Of a stretch of DNA of 64,000 nt, positions 49,326 to 57,514 are shown one piece after another (position 1 is the stretch's first letter; every line of letters starts with the position of its first letter). The notes under the pieces are model-generated. The model was not told the DNA's origin and ran no database searches. It saw only the letters and a list, made by a program, of their open reading frames with translations. Origin of the DNA: Alphaproteobacteria bacterium (GTDB lineage: Bacteria > Pseudomonadota > Alphaproteobacteria > Rs-D84 > CACZYB01); NCBI GenBank assembly GCA_016297965.1, contig JAEDDP010000004.1, positions 15,661-79,660 on the forward strand, read 5' to 3'. Position numbers and translations under genes: made by a program.

Positions 49326-50283
49326 ATTTTTCATCCTGCATTTCTTTAATCATTCTTTTTATTGGTTCAACATACTTTTCCATTGAATCATCTTCAACTA
49401 CATTACAGGCCTTACTACAATCATCAAAATATTTAACTGTGTTTGCTTTACTATATTCTCCATAAAAAGCATCTCCCCTACTCTTTTTCTTCAAAAACTC
49501 ATCCAAAGATTTTGTATGATAATGATTTATCCTAATTTTATGAACGTCATTAAAAAGCAATACAGTCCCCAAAATACAATTTTCATCAACAGCATAAAAA
49601 TTCTTTATATAATAAAAGGTATGGACACAATTTGCACTATAAACTAGACGAGGATTTACAATACTTTTAACCAAAGATTTTGTTTCTTTCGCAATTTTTC
49701 CATGAAATTTAAACCTTTCAATAACAAGGTCGTTTATGGTTGTATTTTCCGTTTCCCTTGAACCATAAAGCCACCAAGGAACAAGTAGTCCTGCCACCGG
49801 TGCCTTTAAATCAAGTTCTTCCAAAACACCCCTTATTGTTTTACCCTTCATTGGAACAATAAATTCATCATCATCAATAAAGGCAACATATTTTGATGTC
49901 AACCTTAACCGTTTCAATGCATCATTATAAACTATGTCCTGTTGTTTCTTTCCCGGCCAATAAAAATATTCAACAATTCCCGATTTTATGTATGGTTTAA
50001 GGACTTCTTTCAAATTATCATTTGATTCGTTATCATAAATATAAAACTTTTCAACCCCAACAATTCTGTGATAATTTATCCACTCCTCTATGTACCGAGA
50101 GGCATTTTTAACAATCAAAACAACACTCAAATAATACGGGAAATTTAATTTTTCATCTTTTTTATAGTTTCTAAGGACTTTAAAGTAATACAAAAACATC
50201 CCGTTTCTAAAAGCCCTTCTTAAATTTCTTGATGGAATAAAACAATAAATAATCTTCCTTAACACCTTTTCAAATTTTGTCAT
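49324..50283 (-). CDS. Glycosyltransferase (GT92/GT2-like fold)
   Basis: YLSVVLIVKNASRYIEEWINYHRIVGVEKFYIYDNES and AFIDDDEF (DxD-like). Start moved to the ATG at 50283, which has GGGAG 7 nt upstream. The track start at 50319 lies in the loop of a terminator hairpin. Confidence 0.7.
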   Translation of the reverse strand: MTKFEKVLRKIIYCFIPSRNLRRAFRNGMFLYYFKVLRNYKKDEKLNFPYYLSVVLIVKNASRYIEEWINYHRIVGVEKFYIYDNESNDNLKEVLKPYIKSGIVEYFYWPGKKQQDIVYNDALKRLRLTSKYVAFIDDDEFIVPMKGKTIRGVLEELDLKAPVAGLLVPWWLYGSRETENTTINDLVIERFKFHGKIAKETKSLVKSIVNPRLVYSANCVHTFYYIKNFYAVDENCILGTVLLFNDVHKIRINHYHTKSLDEFLKKKSRGDAFYGEYSKANTVKYFDDCSKACNVVEDDSMEKYVEPIKRMIKEMQDEK

Positions 50284-50295
50284 AAAACACTCCCT

Positions 50296-50521
50296 TTGTA
50301 AAAAAATTGCCACTGTCATAAGTGGCGGGGAGTTAGTAAATCATCAATAATGAAAATGATCTCTTTGATCTTTAAGGGTATACCCTCTGAACATACATCA
50401 AAGACTCCCCACACTATGTGGGGATTTGGTCAACGACCAACATTATTGAAAAGACTTACTACGGTCCCGCATCCACCTATGGATGCTAAATATGGAAAAC
50501 CATATCTGGTTTCAAATATTA
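50296..50521 (-). promoter_or_regulatory. Structured, GC-enriched leader RNA ending in an intrinsic terminator upstream of the glycosyltransferase (candidate riboswitch/attenuator or sRNA)
   Basis: On the minus strand: promoter TTGAAT (50543..50538)-16 nt-TAATAT (50521..50516). Hairpins at 50490..50505, 50469..50486, 50429..50439, 50407..50423 and 50375..50386. Long-range stems 50362..50369/50397..50404 and 50327..50333/50404..50410. Terminator GCCACT-tatgac-AGTGGC (50326..50309) plus T7. Confidence 0.5.
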
Positions 50522-50532
50522 CATAAAGCCAT

Positions 50533-50568
50533 AAAAAATTCAAGGGAAAATAAACAATACTTTCCCTT
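50533..50568 (-). terminator. Intrinsic terminator after the methyltransferase gene
   Basis: AAGGGAAA/TTTCCCTT stem (50542..50568), followed by gaaTTTTTT on the minus strand. Confidence 0.7.
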
Positions 50569-50609
50569 ACCATTATTGAACTAAAATGATTATATTAAAA
50601 AGTACACAC

Positions 50610-51350
50610 CTAAATATCAAAAAGACTTTTTCCATTCAAAAGTATTTCATTTGCCCTTTCCGTATAACTTCCGTCATCATTATGAAGGATAATCGGAGGA
50701 TAAATAACCGCCGGCGACCTTTGGGATTTTACGGCCCGCACAACAACACGGTTTGCAACATCACCTTTCTTTGAATAAAACAAAAATACCTCAATTTTTC
50801 CCATGGAATTTTGCTTTAATGCGGACAAAATATCATCCAACCGCTCAGCCTTATGCACAATGGCAAAGATCCCCCGTGATTTAAGACGCTTAATACACAT
50901 CGTTATCCATTCCGATAAATCAAGTCCCTGCTCACTGTGTGCGGTCGCCTTTATTTTATCGGGTGAAGTATGCCCCTTATAATAAGGCGGATTGGTAATA
51001 ACCACATCAAATTCCATTTCCTTAAAAACCCTATCGGGGTTTAAAACATTTTGTTTTTGTATGGTCCACCTGTCGCCAAAATTATTTTGAATCTTGCTTT
51101 GATGGGAAAGTTCAATCATTTCATCCTGTATATCAATGCCAAGCACCTTTACATCATCAAATCGTGAAAGAAGGCAAAGCGAAACACCGCCACCACCAAC
51201 ACCAACATCCAAAATATTTTTTGCCTTTTTGATAAGTTTTTCATCAATAACCGAGGCAAGCAACACCGCATCCGATGAGACCTTTACCCCCGTTTCAAAT
51301 TGTACTATTTTAACCCTTCCACCAAGTAATGTATCTATTTCTGTTTTCAT
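50610..51350 (-). CDS. SAM-dependent N6-adenine methyltransferase, TrmN6/YfiC-like
   Basis: LLGGRVKIVQFETGVKVSSDAVLLA, SAM motif ILDVGVGGGG, and catalytic VITNPPYY. Confidence 0.8.
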   Translation of the reverse strand: MKTEIDTLLGGRVKIVQFETGVKVSSDAVLLASVIDEKLIKKAKNILDVGVGGGGVSLCLLSRFDDVKVLGIDIQDEMIELSHQSKIQNNFGDRWTIQKQNVLNPDRVFKEMEFDVVITNPPYYKGHTSPDKIKATAHSEQGLDLSEWITMCIKRLKSRGIFAIVHKAERLDDILSALKQNSMGKIEVFLFYSKKGDVANRVVVRAVKSQRSPAVIYPPIILHNDDGSYTERANEILLNGKSLFDI

Positions 51351-51418
51351 ATCTTTGCCACTTGAAATTACAACTTTTATATTATATCATAAACTTTGAT
51401 TTTATAAAGGAGAAAAAT

Positions 51419-52318
51419 ATGTTTGAGGACAATCCATTTTATAATGAAAATATTACCGAAGAAACAAACGAAACAAGCACTTCGGAAAACACTGATATAA
51501 CAACTTCGGATGAAAATATTGCAACGGATGAGGTAAAGGAAACCATCGTACAAACTCCGGATATTGAAAAGGTTGAAAAAAAATCAACCGGTGTTTCAAC
51601 CTATACCGAAATTCCCGACATTGCAAAGGAAAATATTTCCTGTGATTCCAATTTGATAAATATGGCGGACAAATTCAACCTTTGGTTGGTCCTTATCACC
51701 ATAGTTTTACTTTTGGTAAATGCAAAGAAGAAAAGATTCGCAAACATCACCGAAAAATTTACAAACTTCATTTCAAAGCATTCCGTAATGATAAGCTTTG
51801 TTGCATTGATTTTAATCACAACAATTTTTTCATATCCAAAGTTTTTTAGAACCGGAATTTCCGGAAAATTGGATATAATAACAATGTTGGAATTTAGTAT
51901 TTTTACACTAATAAATTCCGCATTCATCACAACCACCGCCATCACGAAGGCAAAGAAAAAAAACATCCTTTTCAAAAACAAAACATATAATTTTTCCGGT
52001 ATAAGTTTTTTAATAAAAAGCCTTATCACTTTTTCGTTCACCGGATGGTTGTTCTTTTTGTTTACTGAATCACAAATTGCATTGGGGTTATTTTACTTTT
52101 TTATAATGCTTACAACCTTGATTTTCGTACTTCACAAAAATCACGAAACATTGGATGAATACAAAAAATTAAAATATATCATCGTGGCATTACAAATTTC
52201 ACTTATCGGAACATTGACTGAGGTATACATAGTATTGCTTATTGGCGCAATTCTTACCGGTCTTTATTTTCCGAATGCAAAGAACACAATTAAATTTTTA
52301 AGGAACAAAGGAAAATAA
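51419..52318 (+). CDS. Hypothetical integral membrane protein
   Basis: Start at the ATG at 51419, behind AAAGGAGA. Acidic N-terminal tail followed by about 6 TM segments. Confidence 0.55.
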   Translation: MFEDNPFYNENITEETNETSTSENTDITTSDENIATDEVKETIVQTPDIEKVEKKSTGVSTYTEIPDIAKENISCDSNLINMADKFNLWLVLITIVLLLVNAKKKRFANITEKFTNFISKHSVMISFVALILITTIFSYPKFFRTGISGKLDIITMLEFSIFTLINSAFITTTAITKAKKKNILFKNKTYNFSGISFLIKSLITFSFTGWLFFLFTESQIALGLFYFFIMLTTLIFVLHKNHETLDEYKKLKYIIVALQISLIGTLTEVYIVLLIGAILTGLYFPNAKNTIKFLRNKGK

Positions 52319-52319
52319 A

Positions 52320-53915
52320 ATGCAATTTCCAAACATCTCTCCCGTTGCTTTTTACATTTTGGGATTTCCAATTCGTTGGTATGCCCTTGCATACATCATT
52401 GGTTTTATTTTGGCATTCCATTATATAAAGTACATCCTACGACACAGCACCAACAACCAAATGTCGTATGCTGACCTTGACGACCTTTTCACATACGAAG
52501 TTTTGGGTATAATCCTTGGCGGACGAATTGGATATACAATTTTTTACAACTTTGATTATTACAGTAAACACCTGCTCCACATCTTTGCATTATGGGAAGG
52601 TGGTATGTCGTTCCACGGCGGACTTTTGGGATGTATAATCGCCCTTTTCATTTGGTGTAAAAAAAATAAAAAATCATTTTTATACATCGCCGATATAATA
52701 TGTATGTCCGGACCAATTGGATTGTTTTTTGGTCGCCTTGCCAACTTTGTAAACGGAGAATTGTACGGAAGAATTACCACATCAAAACTTGGCATAATAT
52801 TCCCAAACACAAACGGACTTCCACGCCACCCAAGCCAAATTTATGAGGCAATAGCCGAAGGCATCCTCCTATTCACAATCCTTTTCTTTTTACGAAAGGT
52901 AAAAGCAATAAGAAACCGCTACGGAACATTGGCATTTGCATTTTTGGGACTTTACGGAATTGCCCGTGTTGGTGTTGAAAATCTCCGTGAACCGGATGTG
53001 CAAATCGGATTTCTTAAATACGGACTTACCATGGGACAATTACTTTCCATCCCAATGATTGCCATATCAATAATATCAATTTGTTTCCTTTTCAAAAGAA
53101 AACAAAAAATGGAAATTTATACATCATCACCATTTCTTGATTCCACATCAACAACAACCAGATTTTTCACCCGTCAATACGGTGTATCCACTGGTGTTTT
53201 TGCATCGGCAAATTGTAAATTTGAAACATCGGACAATGCGGAAAACATTCGGGAAAACAGGAAACTTCTTCTTTCCACAATCGGACTTGATGCCGAAACA
53301 TCCCTTATAACCGTAAACCAACAACATACAAACGAGGTTGTTGTGATAACATCCCCAGTTGTTGCGACACAAAAGTTTTTAAATATGAATGTTGATGGAG
53401 TAATCACAAATCAACCAAACCTTGCCGTTGGAATACTTACTGCCGATTGTGTTCCATTGCTTGTTTCCGATGAAAAGGCTGGCTTTGTCGGGGCAATTCA
53501 TTGCGGATGGCAGGGTATTTATAAGGACATAGTTCACACATCAATAACAAAACTAAAAACACTTGGTTGTAATGTTAAAAATATAAGGGTGGCTCTTGGT
53601 CCATGCCTTAAAAAACAAAGCTATGAAGTGGATGAAGATTTTGTGAAAAAAATCGTTGCACAAAACAAAAAATTCACCTGCCTTTTTTCAAAAAAATCCA
53701 ATGGAAAGTTTTTGTTTGATTGCACAAAGTTTTGTGTTTTAAAATTAAAGGATGAAGGAGTCCTAAATAAAAATATTGAAGTTTTAGATTTCAACACCTA
53801 CACCCAATCCGATTTATTTTTCAGTTACAGACGAAGCCTTCTTTCCGGTAATTACGCGACATCCCCAACAGATGAAGGACGCCAACTTTCAATAATCGTA
53901 AAAAATAAAAGGTAA
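52320..53915 (+). CDS. lgt: Fusion protein: prolipoprotein diacylglyceryl transferase (Lgt) plus YfiH/PgeF (DUF152) purine-nucleoside phosphorylase / peptidoglycan-editing domain
   Basis: N-terminal ~260 aa carry Lgt motifs (FPIRWYALAYIIGF, HGGLLG, FGRLANFVNGELYGR, HPSQIYEA). The C-terminal ~260 aa carry PgeF motifs (FFTRQYGVSTG, NQQHTNEVV, TADCVPLLV, HCGWQG, FSYRR). The frame is continuous with no stop between the two parts. Confidence 0.85.
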   Translation: MQFPNISPVAFYILGFPIRWYALAYIIGFILAFHYIKYILRHSTNNQMSYADLDDLFTYEVLGIILGGRIGYTIFYNFDYYSKHLLHIFALWEGGMSFHGGLLGCIIALFIWCKKNKKSFLYIADIICMSGPIGLFFGRLANFVNGELYGRITTSKLGIIFPNTNGLPRHPSQIYEAIAEGILLFTILFFLRKVKAIRNRYGTLAFAFLGLYGIARVGVENLREPDVQIGFLKYGLTMGQLLSIPMIAISIISICFLFKRKQKMEIYTSSPFLDSTSTTTRFFTRQYGVSTGVFASANCKFETSDNAENIRENRKLLLSTIGLDAETSLITVNQQHTNEVVVITSPVVATQKFLNMNVDGVITNQPNLAVGILTADCVPLLVSDEKAGFVGAIHCGWQGIYKDIVHTSITKLKTLGCNVKNIRVALGPCLKKQSYEVDEDFVKKIVAQNKKFTCLFSKKSNGKFLFDCTKFCVLKLKDEGVLNKNIEVLDFNTYTQSDLFFSYRRSLLSGNYATSPTDEGRQLSIIVKNKR

Positions 53916-53938
53916 GATTTTTAACACCTTACCTTTTT
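53909..53938. terminator. Bidirectional intrinsic terminator
   Basis: AAGGTAAG-N11-CTTACCTT followed by a T-run. It overlaps the lgt-pgeF stop codon. Confidence 0.7.
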
Positions 53939-53955
53939 ATTTTAACTTTGGAGCC

Positions 53956-54621
53956 CTACTTTGATTTTTCAATTTTTGATGTATCTATTTTTCCCTTTAC
54001 CTTTCCGGTAAAAATATATTTATCATTTTTTTTGAAATCAAACCCCTGACTTTCAATTTCACCAAACGAAGTAATCGCCCTTATCGGCTTACTTCCATAA
54101 ACGGACATATTCTTTAAATTAACAACAGCTTCATCCGAATAAACCTTATTTTCTTCATTATCATAAATGAAAATATTTCCGGTCATCAAAAATTTATTAT
54201 CCGTTTTTTTATAATTTCCATTGTCCGTTGAAATATCAATCCAACTTCCATCCGAAAGGAAAATTTTTCCATTTATCTTTTTAAACAACATTGACATATC
54301 ATCCCGCTTTTCCTTAAAATTTTCAACTTTAAGGGAAAACAAGCTGTCCTTTTCACCCTGACCGTAAAATGTTCCATTATCCATAGTAAACGAAACATTA
54401 CTGGTTGTATCAATGGTCGGCATATCAATTTTAAATTTTTTAACTTCATCAATAAATTGTGGAACAACAATAATCACCCCAAGGAACAAGGCAATAATAC
54501 TTGGCAAGGCGAGTTTAAGAAGGAACACAACACGACTGTGTGAGGTCATCCTTCTGTAAACGGACTTAATCGCCCTACCATAAATTTTCAACTTTCTGAA
54601 TAATGAAGAAAATCTTTTCAA
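53956..54621 (-). CDS. lptC: LPS export system protein LptC-like
   Basis: N-terminal TM anchor followed by a beta-rich periplasmic domain. It directly abuts kdsD (no gap), the conserved kdsD-lptC arrangement. Confidence 0.55.
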   Translation of the reverse strand: MKRFSSLFRKLKIYGRAIKSVYRRMTSHSRVVFLLKLALPSIIALFLGVIIVVPQFIDEVKKFKIDMPTIDTTSNVSFTMDNGTFYGQGEKDSLFSLKVENFKEKRDDMSMLFKKINGKIFLSDGSWIDISTDNGNYKKTDNKFLMTGNIFIYDNEENKVYSDEAVVNLKNMSVYGSKPIRAITSFGEIESQGFDFKKNDKYIFTGKVKGKIDTSKIEKSK

Positions 54622-55599
54622 TTAAACTAATCCTGCCTTTAATAAATCATGGAATCCAATAATTCCAACCGGTCTATTGTCCGCATCAACCACGAACAAA
54701 ACCTGAATTTTTGCTTCGTTAATTTTCAACAATGCAGACGATGCAAGACTGTCATCAGAAACGGTCTTTGGTGATTTTCCCATAACCTCAGAAATCTTGT
54801 GTTGCATAAGGTTCACACCTTCGACCAACCTACGACGAATATCACCATCGGTAAATACACCAACAAGACGTCCATCCGCATCAACCACACCAACACAACC
54901 AAAACGAATCTTACGGCTCATCACATCAATAACTTCGGCCATAGATGCAGTATCAGAAACGATTGGAAGTTCCGCCCCAACGTGCATTAACTCTGACACC
55001 TTCAAAAGAGATGCCCCAAGCTTTCCATGTGGATGCCAATTTTTATACATTTCCGATGTAAATCCCTTTGCCTTTTCCAATGCAACAACCAAAAGATTTG
55101 CCATTGTCGTTAAAAGGATAATTGAAATTGTTGGCGCCTTTCCAATCAAACAAGCCTCTGGCAAATCTGGAATTGTAAGGTTCAAGTCCGCATGTTTTCC
55201 AAGCATACTGTTCGGATTTGCGGTAATTGCAAATAATTTAATACCAAAACGACGAGTATAATCAATAACATCGCTCATTTCCTTTGTTTCTCCACTGTTT
55301 GAAACACCGATAACAAGATCATCATCACAAATGATACCCATATCACCGTGCGATGCCTCAGTACAATGAAGATAAACTGACCGTGTTCCAGTAGATGTCA
55401 AAGTTGTTGCCAATCTTTTGGCAACATCACCCGATTTTCCCAAACCTGTAATAACAATTTTTCCGGTAAGTTCGTGTGTTATATAGTTTACAACCTTAAC
55501 AAAAGCATCAACCGGAAAATTATTTTTAAGGCAATCAATTGCATAACTTTCCTGTCTTAAAACATCAAGTACAAGTGGCATAAGTTCTGTATCTGTCAT
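54622..55599 (-). CDS. kdsD: Arabinose-5-phosphate isomerase (KdsD/KpsF; SIS plus 2 CBS domains)
   Basis: SIS motifs GLGKSG and VSNSGET, with a tandem CBS pair at the C-terminus. Confidence 0.88.
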   Translation of the reverse strand: MTDTELMPLVLDVLRQESYAIDCLKNNFPVDAFVKVVNYITHELTGKIVITGLGKSGDVAKRLATTLTSTGTRSVYLHCTEASHGDMGIICDDDLVIGVSNSGETKEMSDVIDYTRRFGIKLFAITANPNSMLGKHADLNLTIPDLPEACLIGKAPTISIILLTTMANLLVVALEKAKGFTSEMYKNWHPHGKLGASLLKVSELMHVGAELPIVSDTASMAEVIDVMSRKIRFGCVGVVDADGRLVGVFTDGDIRRRLVEGVNLMQHKISEVMGKSPKTVSDDSLASSALLKINEAKIQVLFVVDADNRPVGIIGFHDLLKAGLV

Positions 55600-55609
55600 A
55601 AAAAACCTC

Positions 55610-56545
55610 CTATTTATTATTCAAAAAAACTTCTATGGTATCGGCTTTTGGTGAAACCTTATCATCATCTTCCAAAACCATAATCATTATTTGTGATGTT
55701 GGAACATCACGTTCCAAAAGAACTTTTCTTGCATTAAGCAACCTTGAAAAGGCAACATTTCTTTCATCAATAGCAGAATAATATGAAACAATCTTTAACA
55801 TACTTTCTGAATTATTTTTCACATCATCAACCAATGCTTCAAGTTTTTTTTCATCTGCCTTTGAAAGTTCTTCAACATCCTTTTTAAACTTTATTGCAAA
55901 TTTTGCGGGCATTGACTTTTTGGTTTCAACAACAGCTTCAATATCCTTCTTCACTTTCTTTGCTTCAACTTTTGCCTCTTTTTCTTCATCATCAATTACT
56001 GAGTTAGCAAGTTTTTCCGCCGCCTGCAAAAGTTTCTTTGCTTCATCAATATTTTTATCTGTTTGTGATGGCTCTTGTTCCTTTTTAATATCAGCAATAA
56101 CATTTTCACGATTTTCAGGTTCAATCTTCACATCTTCAACAACTGGTTTCCTGTTTTCTTCTGGCATTGGAAGAATAACTGGCTCTGCAACAACGGCTTC
56201 AACCGGCTTAACCTCTTTCTTCACCTGAACTGGCATAGTTTCCGGCATTGCAGGAAGTACAACAGGTTTCACATCGGAAACATCAACTTTTTTTGTTTTT
56301 ACGACTGGTTTTGAAATAACCGGCACATACCGTTTAGGAGCGCCTGCATCAAAACCATATCTTACCTTTGATGGATTTTTAAGGAATACTGGTTCCATAA
56401 GTTCAAAATCACCACGAACCTTTTTTTGTTTCAAAAGCACAACATCATCGTTCACATCATCCCGCACATTAAGTTTGAAATCACGAGCAAAACAAGGCGA
56501 AATTGATTCAATAAACAAAACCGAAAGCAACAAAAATTTTTTCAT
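55610..56545 (-). CDS. Secreted protein with a Pro/Val/Lys/Glu-rich repeat region and a degenerate OmpA-like C-terminus
   Basis: Signal peptide, KPVV/EPV repeats, and the C-terminal LSKADEKKLEALVDDVKNN...IVSYYS...RLLNARKVLLERDVP, which is reminiscent of the OmpA_C pattern. Confidence 0.5.
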   Translation of the reverse strand: MKKFLLLSVLFIESISPCFARDFKLNVRDDVNDDVVLLKQKKVRGDFELMEPVFLKNPSKVRYGFDAGAPKRYVPVISKPVVKTKKVDVSDVKPVVLPAMPETMPVQVKKEVKPVEAVVAEPVILPMPEENRKPVVEDVKIEPENRENVIADIKKEQEPSQTDKNIDEAKKLLQAAEKLANSVIDDEEKEAKVEAKKVKKDIEAVVETKKSMPAKFAIKFKKDVEELSKADEKKLEALVDDVKNNSESMLKIVSYYSAIDERNVAFSRLLNARKVLLERDVPTSQIMIMVLEDDDKVSPKADTIEVFLNNK

Positions 56546-56565
56546 TTTTATCTCTCCTAAAAATT

Positions 56566-57345
56566 TTACTTTTTAATTATACAACTTTTAATTTCTGATT
56601 GTAAATAACTATTTCCACAAACAACAATGTCGGAACTAAACACATCTTGGATTTCCTTCCATTCACCATCATACGCACGAATAAAACCACCGGCTTCCTT
56701 TACAAGCAAAAGACCCGCCGCCAAATCAAACACATTTTTCTTAAATCCAACAAATGCATCCAACATTCCCCCCGCAACATAACCAAGTGAAAGACCAACC
56801 GAACCAAAATCCAAAATCTTTGCGGTTGAAAATCTTTTAAAATCGCCAACTTCACCAATAACTGCATTGAAAAGTTCACGATTAGAAGAAACTCTTATTC
56901 TTCTTGTCATTCTTGACTCTGAAACAAATGTTCCAGAACCTGCCTCCGCATAAAACATCTTATCAAGTACAGGACTATAAATCACAGATGCAATAAGATT
57001 TTTTTGTTCCTGAATTGCAATTGATATTGTGAAAAAAGGAAGTCCACGTGAAAAATTTTCCACACCATCGGACACACTTATAATAAATCTGTGTGAAATA
57101 TCCAAACCCTTTATTTCCTCATTCGCAGAAAGAATACCATACCTTGGTCTTGCCTCTAACAATGTATCAACAAGAATTTTTTCAATTTTGGTTTGTGAAG
57201 CCGATACAAAATTGCCCGCGCCATTAACAGAAGATTGGAGTTGTTCAATTTCTCCGAAATCCCTCAACATATAACGTGAAACCCTTTGACATGCACCAAC
57301 TATAACATTAAGATTTGCAGATAAATTATTGTCCATTTTGAACAC
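56566..57345 (-). CDS. Inositol monophosphatase family protein (SuhB-like) with a non-canonical metal-binding motif
   Basis: NEEIKG, FIISVSDGVENF (in place of the canonical WxIDPxDGTxNF), and FDLAAGLLLVKEAGG (WDxAAG-type). Confidence 0.8.
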   Translation of the reverse strand: MFKMDNNLSANLNVIVGACQRVSRYMLRDFGEIEQLQSSVNGAGNFVSASQTKIEKILVDTLLEARPRYGILSANEEIKGLDISHRFIISVSDGVENFSRGLPFFTISIAIQEQKNLIASVIYSPVLDKMFYAEAGSGTFVSESRMTRRIRVSSNRELFNAVIGEVGDFKRFSTAKILDFGSVGLSLGYVAGGMLDAFVGFKKNVFDLAAGLLLVKEAGGFIRAYDGEWKEIQDVFSSDIVVCGNSYLQSEIKSCIIKK

Positions 57346-57514
57346 TCCTATTTACGATTTTATTTTTTAATACACCGCAAATTATAGGATATCTTTTAAA
57401 TTTTGCAATAATTTTCTTTACAAAAATTGTATTTTATTCTTCAAAATGTTTATTGATTTTTACCCAATAAAATATTATCATAAAACCATCGTTAAATAAA
57501 ATAGGAGATAAATT

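Noticed and set aside
50284-50319. The N-terminal 12 codons of the track ORF 49324..50319 (MTVAIFLQRECF).
   Set aside because: That ATG lies in the loop of the terminator hairpin GCCACT-tatgac-AGTGGC and has no SD. The second ATG (50283) has GGGAG 7 nt upstream.
50320-50540. The structured region upstream of the glycosyltransferase as a known housekeeping RNA: two-piece alphaproteobacterial tmRNA, SRP/4.5S RNA, RNase P RNA, 6S RNA or a T-box.
   Set aside because: None of the expected motifs is visible. There is no tag-peptide reading frame ending in Ala-Ala-stop, no tRNA-like GGTTCGA...CCA end, no GGAAGCAGCC SRP motif, no GAGGAAAGTCC P4 motif, and no AGGGTGGTACCGCG T-box sequence. Only an Infernal search can settle this.
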